In this document: positions 1-8,148 of the stretch, one piece after another | Layout of the letters: each line of letters starts with the position of its first letter | Numbering within the stretch: the first letter of the stretch is position 1 | Virus record (IMG/VR): IMGVR_UViG_3300032243_001730 | Span: 1 to 34,654 of that record | Length of the DNA: 34,654 nucleotides | From: a virus | Lineage: Duplodnaviria > Caudoviricetes | Strand: one strand, 5' to 3' | Notes under the pieces: model-generated | The model's database searches: none | What the model was told of the DNA's origin: nothing | Seen by the model: the letters and a program-made list of their open reading frames with translations, nothing else | Position numbers and translations under genes: made by a program

Positions 1-11
1 AGGAACCTCCC

Positions 12-446
12 ATGTCCGCGAACATCAACCCGATCTACAGCCTGTCCGGTGACGTGTCGAACAACGGCACGACCGGAATGGATCAGCTTGTCACCGCCGC
101 AGCCAACGACTACACCGGAGCGAGCGCAAACAACTCTCTGGCGTTCACGGCAGATGCAACCAACGGAAGCTACGTTGCTCGCATCAGGTTCAAGAGCGGC
201 GGCACGAACGTTGCCAGCGTTGCGCGCATTTTCATCAACAATGGCTCCGCCAACACGAGCGCCGGAAACAACGTTTTCTATGGCGAGGTCAGCCTGCCTG
301 CCACCACGGCGACGGCGACCAGCGCGACGGCGGACATTGACTATCCACTTGGCTTCGCTCTGCCGGCGGGCTTTCGCATCTATTGGGGACTCGGAACTGC
401 CGTTGCCGCAGGATGGGTTGCGTGCGTTGTTGGCGGGAAGTACTGA
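12..446 (+). CDS. Putative virion structural protein (beta-rich, Ala/Thr/Asn-rich)
   Basis: 144 aa; AGGAA upstream; beta-strand pattern (ARIFINNG, FYGEVSLP, LPAGFRIYWG) like small phage fibre/adaptor proteins; precedes Gly-rich genes. Confidence 0.6.
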   Translation: MSANINPIYSLSGDVSNNGTTGMDQLVTAAANDYTGASANNSLAFTADATNGSYVARIRFKSGGTNVASVARIFINNGSANTSAGNNVFYGEVSLPATTATATSATADIDYPLGFALPAGFRIYWGLGTAVAAGWVACVVGGKY

Positions 447-449
447 TCT

Positions 450-635
450 ATGCAGTACATCAAAGTCGAGTTCCTGACGGATCCTCCACTCGTCGCCTAT
501 CAGGAAGTTGGCGAGTTTGGGATCGTTCTTCGATATCTCGACGAGCAAGGCACGTTCCTCTTTGAAGTGCCCCCGTCCGGCGTGCTCTGCGTCGTCACAG
601 ATCCGGACCCTCCGCGTCAGCCCTGGATGCAGTAG
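450..635 (+). CDS. Hypothetical protein
   Basis: 61 aa; fills the gap between neighbours with 2-3 nt spacers. Confidence 0.65.
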   Translation: MQYIKVEFLTDPPLVAYQEVGEFGIVLRYLDEQGTFLFEVPPSGVLCVVTDPDPPRQPWMQ

Positions 636-637
636 GC

Positions 638-1579
638 ATGACCATCGACGTGTACTCGCTGCCATCTCCGACGTTTGGAGAGTCGCAGATCTTTACTGGC
701 GTATCGCTCGATGTGAACCGCACATCGACGACGAACACTCAATGGCGTGAGTGGTACAAGCCGCGCGGCGCGACCATGGTTCAAATCCTCGCCATTGGCG
801 GCGGCGGCGGCGGCGGCACTGGTTATCCCGGCGCCGCGAGCACGCAGCGAGGCGGCGGCTCCGGCGGCGGAAGCGGCGCCCAGTCGATGGTTATCATTCC
901 TGCGGTCCTTCTGCCTGACCGTCTGTACATTCAGACCGGATTTGGCGGGGCCAGCGGTGTCATTAGCGTGCGCGCGCCGGATACTGGCGGCATCACCTAT
1001 GTATCCGTTGCGCCGGACACTACCGCCGACAACACAGTTTGCTATGCCGCATATGGTTTCGGCGGAACCAACGGCGCGGCTGGATCGGGCAGCGGCGCAG
1101 CCGGCGCTGGCGGCACGGTCGCCAACATCACACTTATGCCCGTAGCAGCCTCTGGGGTTTACTCGTTCCTGTCTGGCCAAACCGGCGGAAATGGCGGCGA
1201 TGGGCTGGGCGGCGCCGGCGGATCGATCACTCCTCCCACAACCGGCCTGCGCGCGATGGGCGGCGCCGGCGGAGGCGGTGTTTACACGCAAAGCCCCGGT
1301 GTCAATGGAGGCGGATTTACCGTCGCAGCAAACAGCTACCTAGTCGATCAGGCTCCGGTCGCCGCGACCCCTGGCATCAACGGCGTGAGTTCTCTCGCGA
1401 CCTGGGCTCCGCTGACGCTCTGGGGAGGCGGAGGAGGCGGCGCTGCCTATGCAGCGGCAGGCGGCAAGGGCGGGAACGGAGCGTATGGCGGAGGCGGAGG
1501 CGGAGGCGGCGCCGGAACGAATCCGACCGGCATTGGCGGCGCCGGTGGCGGCGGACTCGTAATCATCACGACTTGGTGA
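638..1579 (+). CDS. Glycine-rich domain protein (fibre/spike-like), paralog 1
   Basis: WYKPRGATMVQILAIGGGGGGG start motif and GGAGGGGLVIITTW end motif typical of phage Gly-rich fibre domains. Confidence 0.8.
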   Translation: MTIDVYSLPSPTFGESQIFTGVSLDVNRTSTTNTQWREWYKPRGATMVQILAIGGGGGGGTGYPGAASTQRGGGSGGGSGAQSMVIIPAVLLPDRLYIQTGFGGASGVISVRAPDTGGITYVSVAPDTTADNTVCYAAYGFGGTNGAAGSGSGAAGAGGTVANITLMPVAASGVYSFLSGQTGGNGGDGLGGAGGSITPPTTGLRAMGGAGGGGVYTQSPGVNGGGFTVAANSYLVDQAPVAATPGINGVSSLATWAPLTLWGGGGGGAAYAAAGGKGGNGAYGGGGGGGGAGTNPTGIGGAGGGGLVIITTW

Positions 1580-1582
1580 ATT

Positions 1583-2506
1583 ATGCTTGACGTTTATGGT
1601 ATCCCGTCTCCTTATCGCGCGAACGTGCAGACGTTTTCCTCGCCTGGATCGGCGTGGGTCACGTGGACGCGACCCAGAGGGACCAGCATGGTGCATGTCG
1701 TCGCCATCGGTGGCGGCGCCGGCGGCGGCGGAGGAGGCTCTGCTGCAATCAACGTCGGGCGGCCAGGAGGCGGAGGCGGCGGATCGAGCGCCGTCAGTTC
1801 CGTGACCATCTCGGCGTCGTATCTCCCGGATAGACTGTACGTTCAGATCGGTGCCGGCGGCGGCGGCGGGGTGGCTGCCGGCGGCGCGGGCAGCGCCGGA
1901 AGCATCTCTTATGTCTCTGTTTTCCCGTCCACAACGACCGACAATATCTTGTGCGTGTCGGGGTCGGCGGCCCCAAGCGGAGCGACGGCTCCAAGCGGCG
2001 GAAACGGCGGCGCAGGCGGCGGCGCAGGCGCTGTTGCAACCATTGCCAACATGCCAGTTGGCGGCTACGGAAACTACGCTTTTGTGGCCGGCGCGGCCGG
2101 CGCGGCCGGCGGAACTCCAGGGCTTGCGTCAAACCTCGGTGGCAACATCAGCACGTCTAGCGCGCGTTGCATGGGAGGCGCCGGTGGCGGCGCCGCTGAC
2201 GGCACGGGCGGCGCTGGCGCCGGCGGCTTCTTTGCGCCGACTTCGACCATGTGGCTTTACCAGTATCTGCAGGCGGCTGCCGCCGGAAACGGCAGCGGAG
2301 CCAGTGGCGGCGGGTCTGGCGGCGTGCCTATCTATGGGCCGCTTTTTATGATCGGCGGAGGCGGATCGGGCGCTTCTTACAACAATACAGCGGGCCCAGG
2401 TGGAAACGGAGCGTTTGGCGCTGGTGGTGGTGGCGGCGGCGGCGGCCTAACCGGAGGTCGCGGCGGAGACGGTGGATCTGGGCTCGTTGTTATTGTAAGC
2501 TGGTGA
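1583..2506 (+). CDS. Glycine-rich domain protein (fibre/spike-like), paralog 2
   Basis: Collinear with 638-1579 (DVY..PSP, WTRPRGTSMVHVVAIGGGAGGG, LPDRLYVQ.G.GG, GGSGLVVIVSW). Confidence 0.8.
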   Translation: MLDVYGIPSPYRANVQTFSSPGSAWVTWTRPRGTSMVHVVAIGGGAGGGGGGSAAINVGRPGGGGGGSSAVSSVTISASYLPDRLYVQIGAGGGGGVAAGGAGSAGSISYVSVFPSTTTDNILCVSGSAAPSGATAPSGGNGGAGGGAGAVATIANMPVGGYGNYAFVAGAAGAAGGTPGLASNLGGNISTSSARCMGGAGGGAADGTGGAGAGGFFAPTSTMWLYQYLQAAAAGNGSGASGGGSGGVPIYGPLFMIGGGGSGASYNNTAGPGGNGAFGAGGGGGGGGLTGGRGGDGGSGLVVIVSW

Positions 2507-2510
2507 AGCC

Positions 2511-2690
2511 ATGCAGGTTGCCTACATGCCCCCGTCGGAAAAAGGCGTCACCACGCTAATGTACATTGGCGACGACGGGCTCGATAAGGCTACGAGCGAC
2601 AGTCGTGGCGCAATCAAGACGCTCGCGATCATCGCTGCGCTCTACGTCGGCTATCGCATTATGTCTGGCACTTGCTCGTTTTGCCGGTAG
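2511..2690 (+). CDS. Small membrane protein, 59 aa (not in ORF track)
   Basis: Manual translation MQVAYMPPSEKGVTTLMYIGDDGLDKATSDSRGAIKTLAIIAALYVGYRIMSGTCSFCR*; 4 nt after upstream stop; C-terminal hydrophobic helix. Confidence 0.65.
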   Translation: MQVAYMPPSEKGVTTLMYIGDDGLDKATSDSRGAIKTLAIIAALYVGYRIMSGTCSFCR

Positions 2691-2731
2691 CGACGTTGAC
2701 AGCAAAGCCTCAACGATAGACGTTGGGGCGC

Positions 2732-3187
2732 ATGGAGTTTATCCGGCTGTTCGCGCACACCGACGACACGCCTCTGGGCGTGTCCGGCGCCGCATTTTGC
2801 GGGATGCTGATGGCGTGCAACGTACCGCTGCGGCTGGTTCCGCTGCGTGTCGCGGAATTGCAGTATGATTTCTCCGGTCGTTGCGACAGCGTCTGGGATC
2901 GATACCGCAGTCTGCTGATCACGCCAATGACGGGCATCTACGCCAACGCTGTGTGCGGATCTCCGCACGATTTTCGCGGCATGCACACCAGCGGCGTCGC
3001 AAACTGGGCGCTCCTTGCCAAGGAGCATCTAGCCTTCGATGCGCAGGAACTCGCAGCCTGCATCGAAAAATACGACGCCTGCTTTGCGGCGACAGCGGAG
3101 TCCGCGTCGTCCCTGAGCAAGGCGCTTGGACGTGCCGTGCGCCCCTGGGACGGCTCGATTGTGGCAGTTAAGGCGATTTCCGCCTAA
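2732..3187 (+). CDS. Hypothetical protein, weak resemblance to a glycosyltransferase (GT-B) N-terminal domain
   Basis: ATG at 2732 in ORF 2723-3187; beta-loop-helix start IRLFAHTDDTPLGVSGAAFCGML; product call is weak. Confidence 0.5.
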   Translation: MEFIRLFAHTDDTPLGVSGAAFCGMLMACNVPLRLVPLRVAELQYDFSGRCDSVWDRYRSLLITPMTGIYANAVCGSPHDFRGMHTSGVANWALLAKEHLAFDAQELAACIEKYDACFAATAESASSLSKALGRAVRPWDGSIVAVKAISA

Positions 3188-3213
3188 ATCACATGTAGAA
3201 AGGGAAATGCAAC

Positions 3214-3534
3214 ATGAAGGAAATCATTGAGAAGTTGTTCGCCAGCGCGCCGCAGCCGGAGGGGGAGTCCGCGCGGATTCGCGCGCTGATCGATGCGGAT
3301 CCGTCCCTTCCGTGGATGGAGGCTCAGGTGACGATCCAGGGCGGGCTCACCTTCGGCGGCCTGCTGACGACTGGCGACGGGTGCCTGCGCATGATCACGC
3401 CGCAGAGCGCGAAGGGAGGCGCCGGCGTAGTGCTCATCGAGCAGTACTTCGCCTGGGACGCCGTGATCGCCATCGCGAAGCTTATCAATCCGCCGCAGGT
3501 GGCCACGCGCGGATCTGGCATCATCGTCGGCTAG
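3214..3534 (+). CDS. Hypothetical protein (small beta-barrel-like)
   Basis: 106 aa; AAGGGA RBS-like site upstream; GC-rich third positions. Confidence 0.7.
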   Translation: MKEIIEKLFASAPQPEGESARIRALIDADPSLPWMEAQVTIQGGLTFGGLLTTGDGCLRMITPQSAKGGAGVVLIEQYFAWDAVIAIAKLINPPQVATRGSGIIVG

Positions 3535-4016
3535 TTGGGGTTGTCGGAGAACTCCTCCTCCTCCTCCTCCTCCTCGCCCTCGTCCTCTTCTTCATCCTCG
3601 TCCGACTCACCGTCGGGCCCCTCGTGCTCCTCCTCGTCCTCATCGCTTTCGTCGAGGGACTTCTCAAACTCCTCGGCAACCTCGGGCAGGAGCATCTCGT
3701 AAATCATATGCGCGAGGGCATCCGTTCGACCGGATAGGTACATCGCCCACGCCTTCTCCGTGTCGCCGCCTGCGGCAATGATGTCGTCGGTGTTGTCGGC
3801 CATCCACTTAGCCTTGCTCATGTCCTGGCGGCTCGTGCGTGCGGTCGCGTGGAACTTCGTGATTGCCGACTTCGCCAAGTCGTAGGACAGGGAGCGCATC
3901 TCTCCGGTCTCGATCACGCGATTGATGGTCGGCTCGATGTCCACGGACAGCCCGTCGATGTCTTCGGCGTGACCATGAAAGTAAAACAACAGGTAGCGGT
4001 TCACCATACGCCGCAT
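3531..4016 (-). CDS. Hypothetical protein with highly acidic C-terminal tail
   Basis: ORF 3531-4043, ATG at 4016 or 4007; last ~40 aa mostly D/E. Confidence 0.7.
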   Translation of the reverse strand: MRRMVNRYLLFYFHGHAEDIDGLSVDIEPTINRVIETGEMRSLSYDLAKSAITKFHATARTSRQDMSKAKWMADNTDDIIAAGGDTEKAWAMYLSGRTDALAHMIYEMLLPEVAEEFEKSLDESDEDEEEHEGPDGESDEDEEEDEGEEEEEEEEFSDNPN

Positions 4017-4036
4017 CCTGCACCGTCCGTGGGCCG

Positions 4037-4072
4037 TTGACAAGGGCAGGCGGACGACGTACTACTGGCGTA
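4037..4072 (+). promoter_or_regulatory. Putative sigma70 promoter, possibly giving a leaderless mRNA
   Basis: TTGACA at 4037-4042, 17-bp spacer, TACTAC at 4060-4065 (imperfect -10), ATG at 4072 with no RBS. Confidence 0.45.
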
Positions 4073-4248
4073 TGCCAAGAGACAAGCGTCCAATCCGACC
4101 TCCTCGCCCCCTCAAGGATCAGATCGTCACGTTCAAGTGTACAGAGACCGAGCGCGCCATCATGGAGCAGCGCGCCGTCGCGGATGGCCTGACGCTATCC
4201 GCATGGATTCGCCAGACCTGCTACCGCAAGGCCGGGATCCTTAGCTGA
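4072..4248 (+). CDS. Ribbon-helix-helix (MobC/CopG-like) DNA-binding protein, 58 aa (not in ORF track)
   Basis: MPRDKRPIRPPRPLKDQIVTFKCTETERAIMEQRAVADGLTLSAWIRQTCYRKAGILS*; strand + helix + 'GLTLSAWIR' pattern; TGATG coupling to next gene. Confidence 0.75.
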   Translation: MPRDKRPIRPPRPLKDQIVTFKCTETERAIMEQRAVADGLTLSAWIRQTCYRKAGILS

Positions 4249-4442
4249 TGACTGCACGGACCACGAGCGGACCGCTGCACGCAGTTCCATGCGCGCACTG
4301 CGGAGCGGCGCAGGACATGCGAGGCCTGGACGAGCAGCATCTGCTTGAAAACGGCCAGAACGTCATCTGCGACGGGTGCAACATGCCGAGCGAAATCGTG
4401 GCCGTTGCCAAGACCACGGTCGTGAGGTTGAGGCAGGCATGA
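4248..4442 (+). CDS. Zinc-ribbon protein
   Basis: CAHC...CDGC; overlapping start/stop on both sides. Confidence 0.7.
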   Translation: MTARTTSGPLHAVPCAHCGAAQDMRGLDEQHLLENGQNVICDGCNMPSEIVAVAKTTVVRLRQA

Positions 4443-4639
4443 GCATTCGGTCCAAGCCGCTGCGCATGTCTGGAACCTGCATCTCATGTGGCAAGAACTT
4501 CTTTTTCGCAGACACAGAAAACTTCAACGGCACAACAAACTGCTCCCATTGCGGCGAACTCCTGCTCATCAGAAAGGGTCGCGTCTACCTGATGTCGGAG
4601 TGGGCTGTTCACAAAACCCCTGGCGTTCTCAGCGAGTGA
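4439..4639 (+). CDS. Zinc-ribbon protein
   Basis: ATG at 4439 (ATGA overlap); CISC...CSHC. Confidence 0.65.
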   Translation: MSIRSKPLRMSGTCISCGKNFFFADTENFNGTTNCSHCGELLLIRKGRVYLMSEWAVHKTPGVLSE

Positions 4640-4649
4640 GAAAAAAACA

Positions 4650-5060
4650 ATGGAAATTTCAATGCAAAAGACGAAGATCCTTAAGAACGTCTCCGATGTC
4701 ATGGAGAAGGCCATCTCCGATGCCATGGACGAGCACTGCGCGCCCCTTCACAAGCAGATTGCCGACCTCAAGGATAAGCTGGACGCAGCGCAGCACTCTA
4801 CCGCTCTGGTTGTCCACGATCAGGGCGAGGACCTGCTGCGCAGCATGGCCACTATCGGCCGCACCCTCGATAAGCTGCCGCGCAACCTGCGGGGAATCAT
4901 CGTGAGCAGGGAGATTCACATGCTCACCTACAGGCAGATCAGCGAGATCTATAAGATCCCGGTCGGCACGGTGATGTCTCGCCTGCATCGCGCGCGCATG
5001 CTCTTCCGGCAGGCCTCTTCTCCCGTTCGGGGCAAAAAGGGAAAGGGCAGCAAGCGATGA
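4650..5060 (+). CDS. Sigma-70 region 4 (ECF-type) HTH protein with N-terminal coiled coil
   Basis: LDKLPRNLRGIIVSREIHMLTYRQISEIYKIPVGTVMSRLHRAR is a classic ECF sigma r4; no region 2 seen. Confidence 0.8.
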   Translation: MEISMQKTKILKNVSDVMEKAISDAMDEHCAPLHKQIADLKDKLDAAQHSTALVVHDQGEDLLRSMATIGRTLDKLPRNLRGIIVSREIHMLTYRQISEIYKIPVGTVMSRLHRARMLFRQASSPVRGKKGKGSKR

Positions 5061-5551
5061 GTCGCATTAAATGCGAAATGACGGAGGAGCGAGCCGAGCA
5101 TCGCGACCATTTGCTCTCGATTGCGCAGAGGACCGATGCAAATCGCGACCCACAGGTTCGCTCTGCGTGGCTACTGGCGCGAGCGCACGGCCACTGGTGG
5201 GCGGCCATCGCATCCTACTCGTCGTGTCCGGCAACGTGGCAGGATGCCGAGGATAACGTCGCACAAGACAGGGTACAGAACCCGACCAGCATGGCGGGGC
5301 TGGCATGCCCGATTCGCGACGCGGAAGGAAGCGTCCATCACGTGACGATGACGGGACGCACCTCGTGGAAAATCGACACCGAAGGCGAGGTCTTCCTGCG
5401 TGTGACGCGCCCGGGAGGTATCGTGGCGGCCACCGCAACGGTTCATCCGTGCGGTTCCTACACCACGACGCACGAGGATGCCGCCGAGGAGCGCCACATT
5501 TGGGCACTCGCGGAGTGCCTCTGGGCTCTAGGCGTGCATTACACTCCCTAA
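5057..5551 (+). CDS. Hypothetical protein
   Basis: 164 aa; ATGA overlap with upstream gene. Confidence 0.55.
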   Translation: MSRIKCEMTEERAEHRDHLLSIAQRTDANRDPQVRSAWLLARAHGHWWAAIASYSSCPATWQDAEDNVAQDRVQNPTSMAGLACPIRDAEGSVHHVTMTGRTSWKIDTEGEVFLRVTRPGGIVAATATVHPCGSYTTTHEDAAEERHIWALAECLWALGVHYTP

Positions 5552-5561
5552 GAGACGCACA

Positions 5562-5774
5562 ATGACCAGAGAACCATGCGCTCACTGCGGAAAGACGCCG
5601 GTCGTCATGGTCGTAATGGCCGGCAGCCGGCGGGAGCAGGAGTGGCAACTGTGCGGTCCTTGCTGGAGCCTCGGCAACGCAAAGGTTGGGTTCCAGGCGC
5701 AGCAAAAGATACAGAGCGGCGTAAAAAAAGAATCGCCGACCGCATCGCATCGCAAGGTTTCCAAAGTCCCATAG
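5562..5774 (+). CDS. Small Cys4 zinc-finger protein
   Basis: CAHC...CGPC, basic tail. Confidence 0.55.
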   Translation: MTREPCAHCGKTPVVMVVMAGSRREQEWQLCGPCWSLGNAKVGFQAQQKIQSGVKKESPTASHRKVSKVP

Positions 5775-5791
5775 TAGGTATTATGGGACAA
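5764..5791. other. dif-like tyrosine-recombinase site (11-6-11)
   Basis: AAGTCCCATAG-TAGGTA-TTATGGGACAA; inverted GTCCCATA/TATGGGAC arms; inner CATA-N-N6-TTATG matches the dif core; AT-rich context. Confidence 0.6.
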
Positions 5792-5922
5792 TGTTCCATA
5801 AACCTCAATGATTTCAAGTACTTACGATGCCACGCGCGCGGTGCTTTCTGCGCATCGAACTGCGCGTTGCGCAGCGCAGATTGCGCTAGAAACGCGCTCA
5901 GGCATCTGAAAACGGAGAGCGC

Positions 5923-6120
5923 GTGAGTGATTCCAGCGACAGGCCCCAGGCCCCCAGGGCGACCCTTGCCCAGCTAGAGGCCCAGGTTGCGGTCTACAGG
6001 ACCGCCCTGGTTACTCTGCTCGACTTTGCTCGTCGGCAGGACAAGACGTATCGAACCTGGGAGGATCAGATGCTGATTCGTTCGGTTCAGCAGCTTTTGG
6101 ACGACGAAGCACGCAGCTAA
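5923..6120 (+). CDS. Hypothetical helical protein
   Basis: 65 aa; GGAG RBS before GTG. Confidence 0.6.
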   Translation: MSDSSDRPQAPRATLAQLEAQVAVYRTALVTLLDFARRQDKTYRTWEDQMLIRSVQQLLDDEARS

Positions 6121-6180
6121 CGGTGCGCGGGTCGTTCATCCGTATCTCCAGCGCAAGCGCCTCTAGGACGAGCGTGTCGG

Positions 6181-6708
6181 TCATCCGCCGACAGGCCGAA
6201 AGCGCCTGCGAACCGCCGGGAAGGCGATCACGCCGAGGCGCGCAGCCGCAAAGATGGCGCTTCCGATACCGACATAGAACGCCATCCTGCGCTTGCGCTC
6301 CTGATCTTCAAGCTGCTTCTTGATCGCATCCTGCGACGACATAATGCTGCGCAGGAGTGCAACATTGTCCGGCGCAACGTCCTCTCCCAGGGCGCCCGCA
6401 AACGGCCCGGAGAGCGTTCGCGCGATACCCTGAGACTCGATTCCGGACAAGCCCCGCCGAGAGAGCGGCACGTCGAGGATGATAGGCGCAGGCGCGCGGG
6501 TGTTGCGCTGGCCAAGCGGCTGGCTGGTAACGCCCGAAAGCGTGCGCGCAAGACCCTGCGAGTCCATGCCGGACAGGCCGCGCCGAGGAAGCGGCACGTC
6601 AAGGATGACTGGCGCCGGCGCGCGGGTGTTGCGCTGGCCAAGCGGCTGGCTGGTGACGCCGGAGAGGCCAATTGGACGACGGGCTCGCGTAACGTAGAAC
6701 TTGCTCAT
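6181..6708 (-). CDS. Membrane protein with 42-aa tandem repeat and repeated LSG motifs
   Basis: ATG at 6708 (ATGA overlap); MSKFYVTRARRPIGLSG...; coiled coil then C-terminal TM (FYVGIGSAIFAAARLGVIAF). Confidence 0.75.
   Translation of the reverse strand: MSKFYVTRARRPIGLSGVTSQPLGQRNTRAPAPVILDVPLPRRGLSGMDSQGLARTLSGVTSQPLGQRNTRAPAPIILDVPLSRRGLSGIESQGIARTLSGPFAGALGEDVAPDNVALLRSIMSSQDAIKKQLEDQERKRRMAFYVGIGSAIFAAARLGVIAFPAVRRRFRPVGG
6410..6666 (-). repeat. Two-copy 126-bp tandem repeat inside CDS
   Basis: CGCGGGTGTTGCGCTGGCCAAGCGGCTGGCTGGT at 6495 and 6621; encodes LSGVTSQPLGQRNTRAPAP.ILDVPL.RRGLSG..SQG.ART twice. Confidence 0.9.
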
Positions 6709-6983
6709 GCGCGACTCCTGACCAGATAGATCAGCGCGACAACTGCGAGTCCACCGGCGATCAAAAGCGCGGGCGACACGCCGGCAGAGGCGGCGCCGGC
6801 AGATGCCGTCGCAGCCGACGCAGGACCGACGCTGCCGCCGGCCTGCGCTGCGGCGGCGGACGCCGCGCTCTGCTTCGAAAGACCCTGCTTGGCCAGTTCC
6901 TGGCAGATCGGATCGCTCGGATCTGCATCGCATGGAGAGTTCAGATCCGCCCCAAGGCGGCTGCGCTTCGGTGCGATGTACAT
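6705..6983 (-). CDS. Small C-terminally anchored membrane protein
   Basis: 92 aa; MYIAPKRSRLGAD, Cys pair, Ala-rich linker, TM ALLIAGGLAVVALIYLV then RSRA. Confidence 0.75.
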   Translation of the reverse strand: MYIAPKRSRLGADLNSPCDADPSDPICQELAKQGLSKQSAASAAAAQAGGSVGPASAATASAGAASAGVSPALLIAGGLAVVALIYLVRSRA

Positions 6984-6984
6984 C

Positions 6985-7662
6985 CTAGTTGTCCTCTAGG
7001 TTCAGGTCGGAGTTGTCGAGCAGGTCATCGATGTTGATCGTGTCCTCCACGACCGGCGTCACAGCCGCCTGCTCCATGGGGCTCTGCGGGGGCTGCGACG
7101 TGCCATACGCGCCACGGCTAAAGGCGTCGTTGTAGGCATACCAAGACTGCTCGTCCACCTCAGAAAAGCCGGGCGGAAGGTCCTGCGCCGACGGCATCGC
7201 AACGCGCGCCGTCGAGGCGACCTGCGGCGCAGCGGCTGGCCTCTGGGCGGCGCCGGCGACCTCGCGCATCTCGCTGCTGGCATCCGAGACGGTCCAGCCA
7301 AGCATCGGAACGTAAAGCTGGATCAGACTCTGAAGGGCGGCGATGCCGCTACCGACGACGATCGGGTGATGGTACTTCTCCAGATAGCGAACGCGATGCG
7401 CGCCAAGCCAAGCGGCTGCGAACGCGCCCACGGAGGCCACAGCGCCGGCGTGCTTGCCCCAGCGCGGGTAACGCTTGGCAATCTGCACGGCGGCGACGCG
7501 CGTAACAAAGCGCGTTGCAGCAAAGGCAGCGAAACCGGGGCCAATATACTCGACGATGTCAACGCCAAGAGGCGGGTTGGCAATCATCGCCGGCTTGCGG
7601 CTACTGGTCTTCTTGGCCTTAGCGCCGCTGTGGCGCCGCTTGAAAGTAATCAGCTTCGACAT
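6985..7662 (-). CDS. Putative virion membrane protein (basic N-terminus, ANP motif, hydrophobic helices, acidic tail)
   Basis: ATG at 7662 after GGAG; MSKLITFKRRHSGAKAKKTSSRKPAMIANPP; three Ala/Gly-rich helices. Confidence 0.7.
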   Translation of the reverse strand: MSKLITFKRRHSGAKAKKTSSRKPAMIANPPLGVDIVEYIGPGFAAFAATRFVTRVAAVQIAKRYPRWGKHAGAVASVGAFAAAWLGAHRVRYLEKYHHPIVVGSGIAALQSLIQLYVPMLGWTVSDASSEMREVAGAAQRPAAAPQVASTARVAMPSAQDLPPGFSEVDEQSWYAYNDAFSRGAYGTSQPPQSPMEQAAVTPVVEDTINIDDLLDNSDLNLEDN

Positions 7663-7773
7663 GCGAGGGTACTCCAATGTGGCGGCGGCCGGAGAACCGC
7701 GCACCCACCGGAGGTTATCCCCGCATTTTTGCTTGGTCAACCGCTGTTCGCGGCATCATTTCCAAGCAGATAA

Positions 7774-7983
7774 TTATCCGCCGCGAACTCCGCGATATCT
7801 TCTGCTAAAACGTCGCTCCGGCTTTTCCAACCCTAGTTCGCGGTGCATGGACATCTCGACAATCCAACGGATTGTCGTGTTCTGCTGACGCGCCAGGGCT
7901 CTGAGCAGATCATACGTCCGTTCGCTGATAGAGATCGCTGCGGCGTGCTTTTTCATCTTCTTGTTCTTCTTCTTGACTGCCAC
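7774..7983 (-). CDS. Ribbon-helix-helix-like DNA-binding protein
   Basis: AISISERTYDLLRALARQQNTTIRWIVE fits CopG/Arc pattern; Lys-rich N-terminus. Confidence 0.6.
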   Translation of the reverse strand: MAVKKKNKKMKKHAAAISISERTYDLLRALARQQNTTIRWIVEMSMHRELGLEKPERRFSRRYRGVRGG

Positions 7984-8148
7984 TTAGCGACTCTTGCTGT
8001 GGGCCTTGCGGCACGCCAAGCACAGCACACCGTGAGTGGCCAAGCCGTGCTGCGATCCGTTGATGCAGTACCCCATCAGCCGCAGCCTCTTCCGGCGCTG
8101 CCGGTTGTACTCAAGCTTTCGCGCGCTGCTCGTCGCAGAGTCTCTCAC
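7984..8148 (-). CDS. Small basic Cys/His protein, 54 aa (not in ORF track)
   Basis: MRDSATSSARKLEYNRQRRKRLRLMGYCINGSQHGLATHGVLCLACRKAHSKSR*; GTGA overlap upstream, abuts next start. Confidence 0.6.
   Translation of the reverse strand: MRDSATSSARKLEYNRQRRKRLRLMGYCINGSQHGLATHGVLCLACRKAHSKSR

Noticed and set aside
638-2506. GGC-rich runs as microsatellites or PE-PGRS/collagen genes
   Set aside because: They are Gly codons in fibre-type domains; no PE domain or Gly-X-Y periodicity
6410-6666. Direct repeats as a CRISPR array or DGR template/variable pair
   Set aside because: Two adjacent in-frame copies, no spacers, no adenine-specific mismatch pattern, no cas or reverse transcriptase gene; same for the 96-bp repeat near 33630-33790
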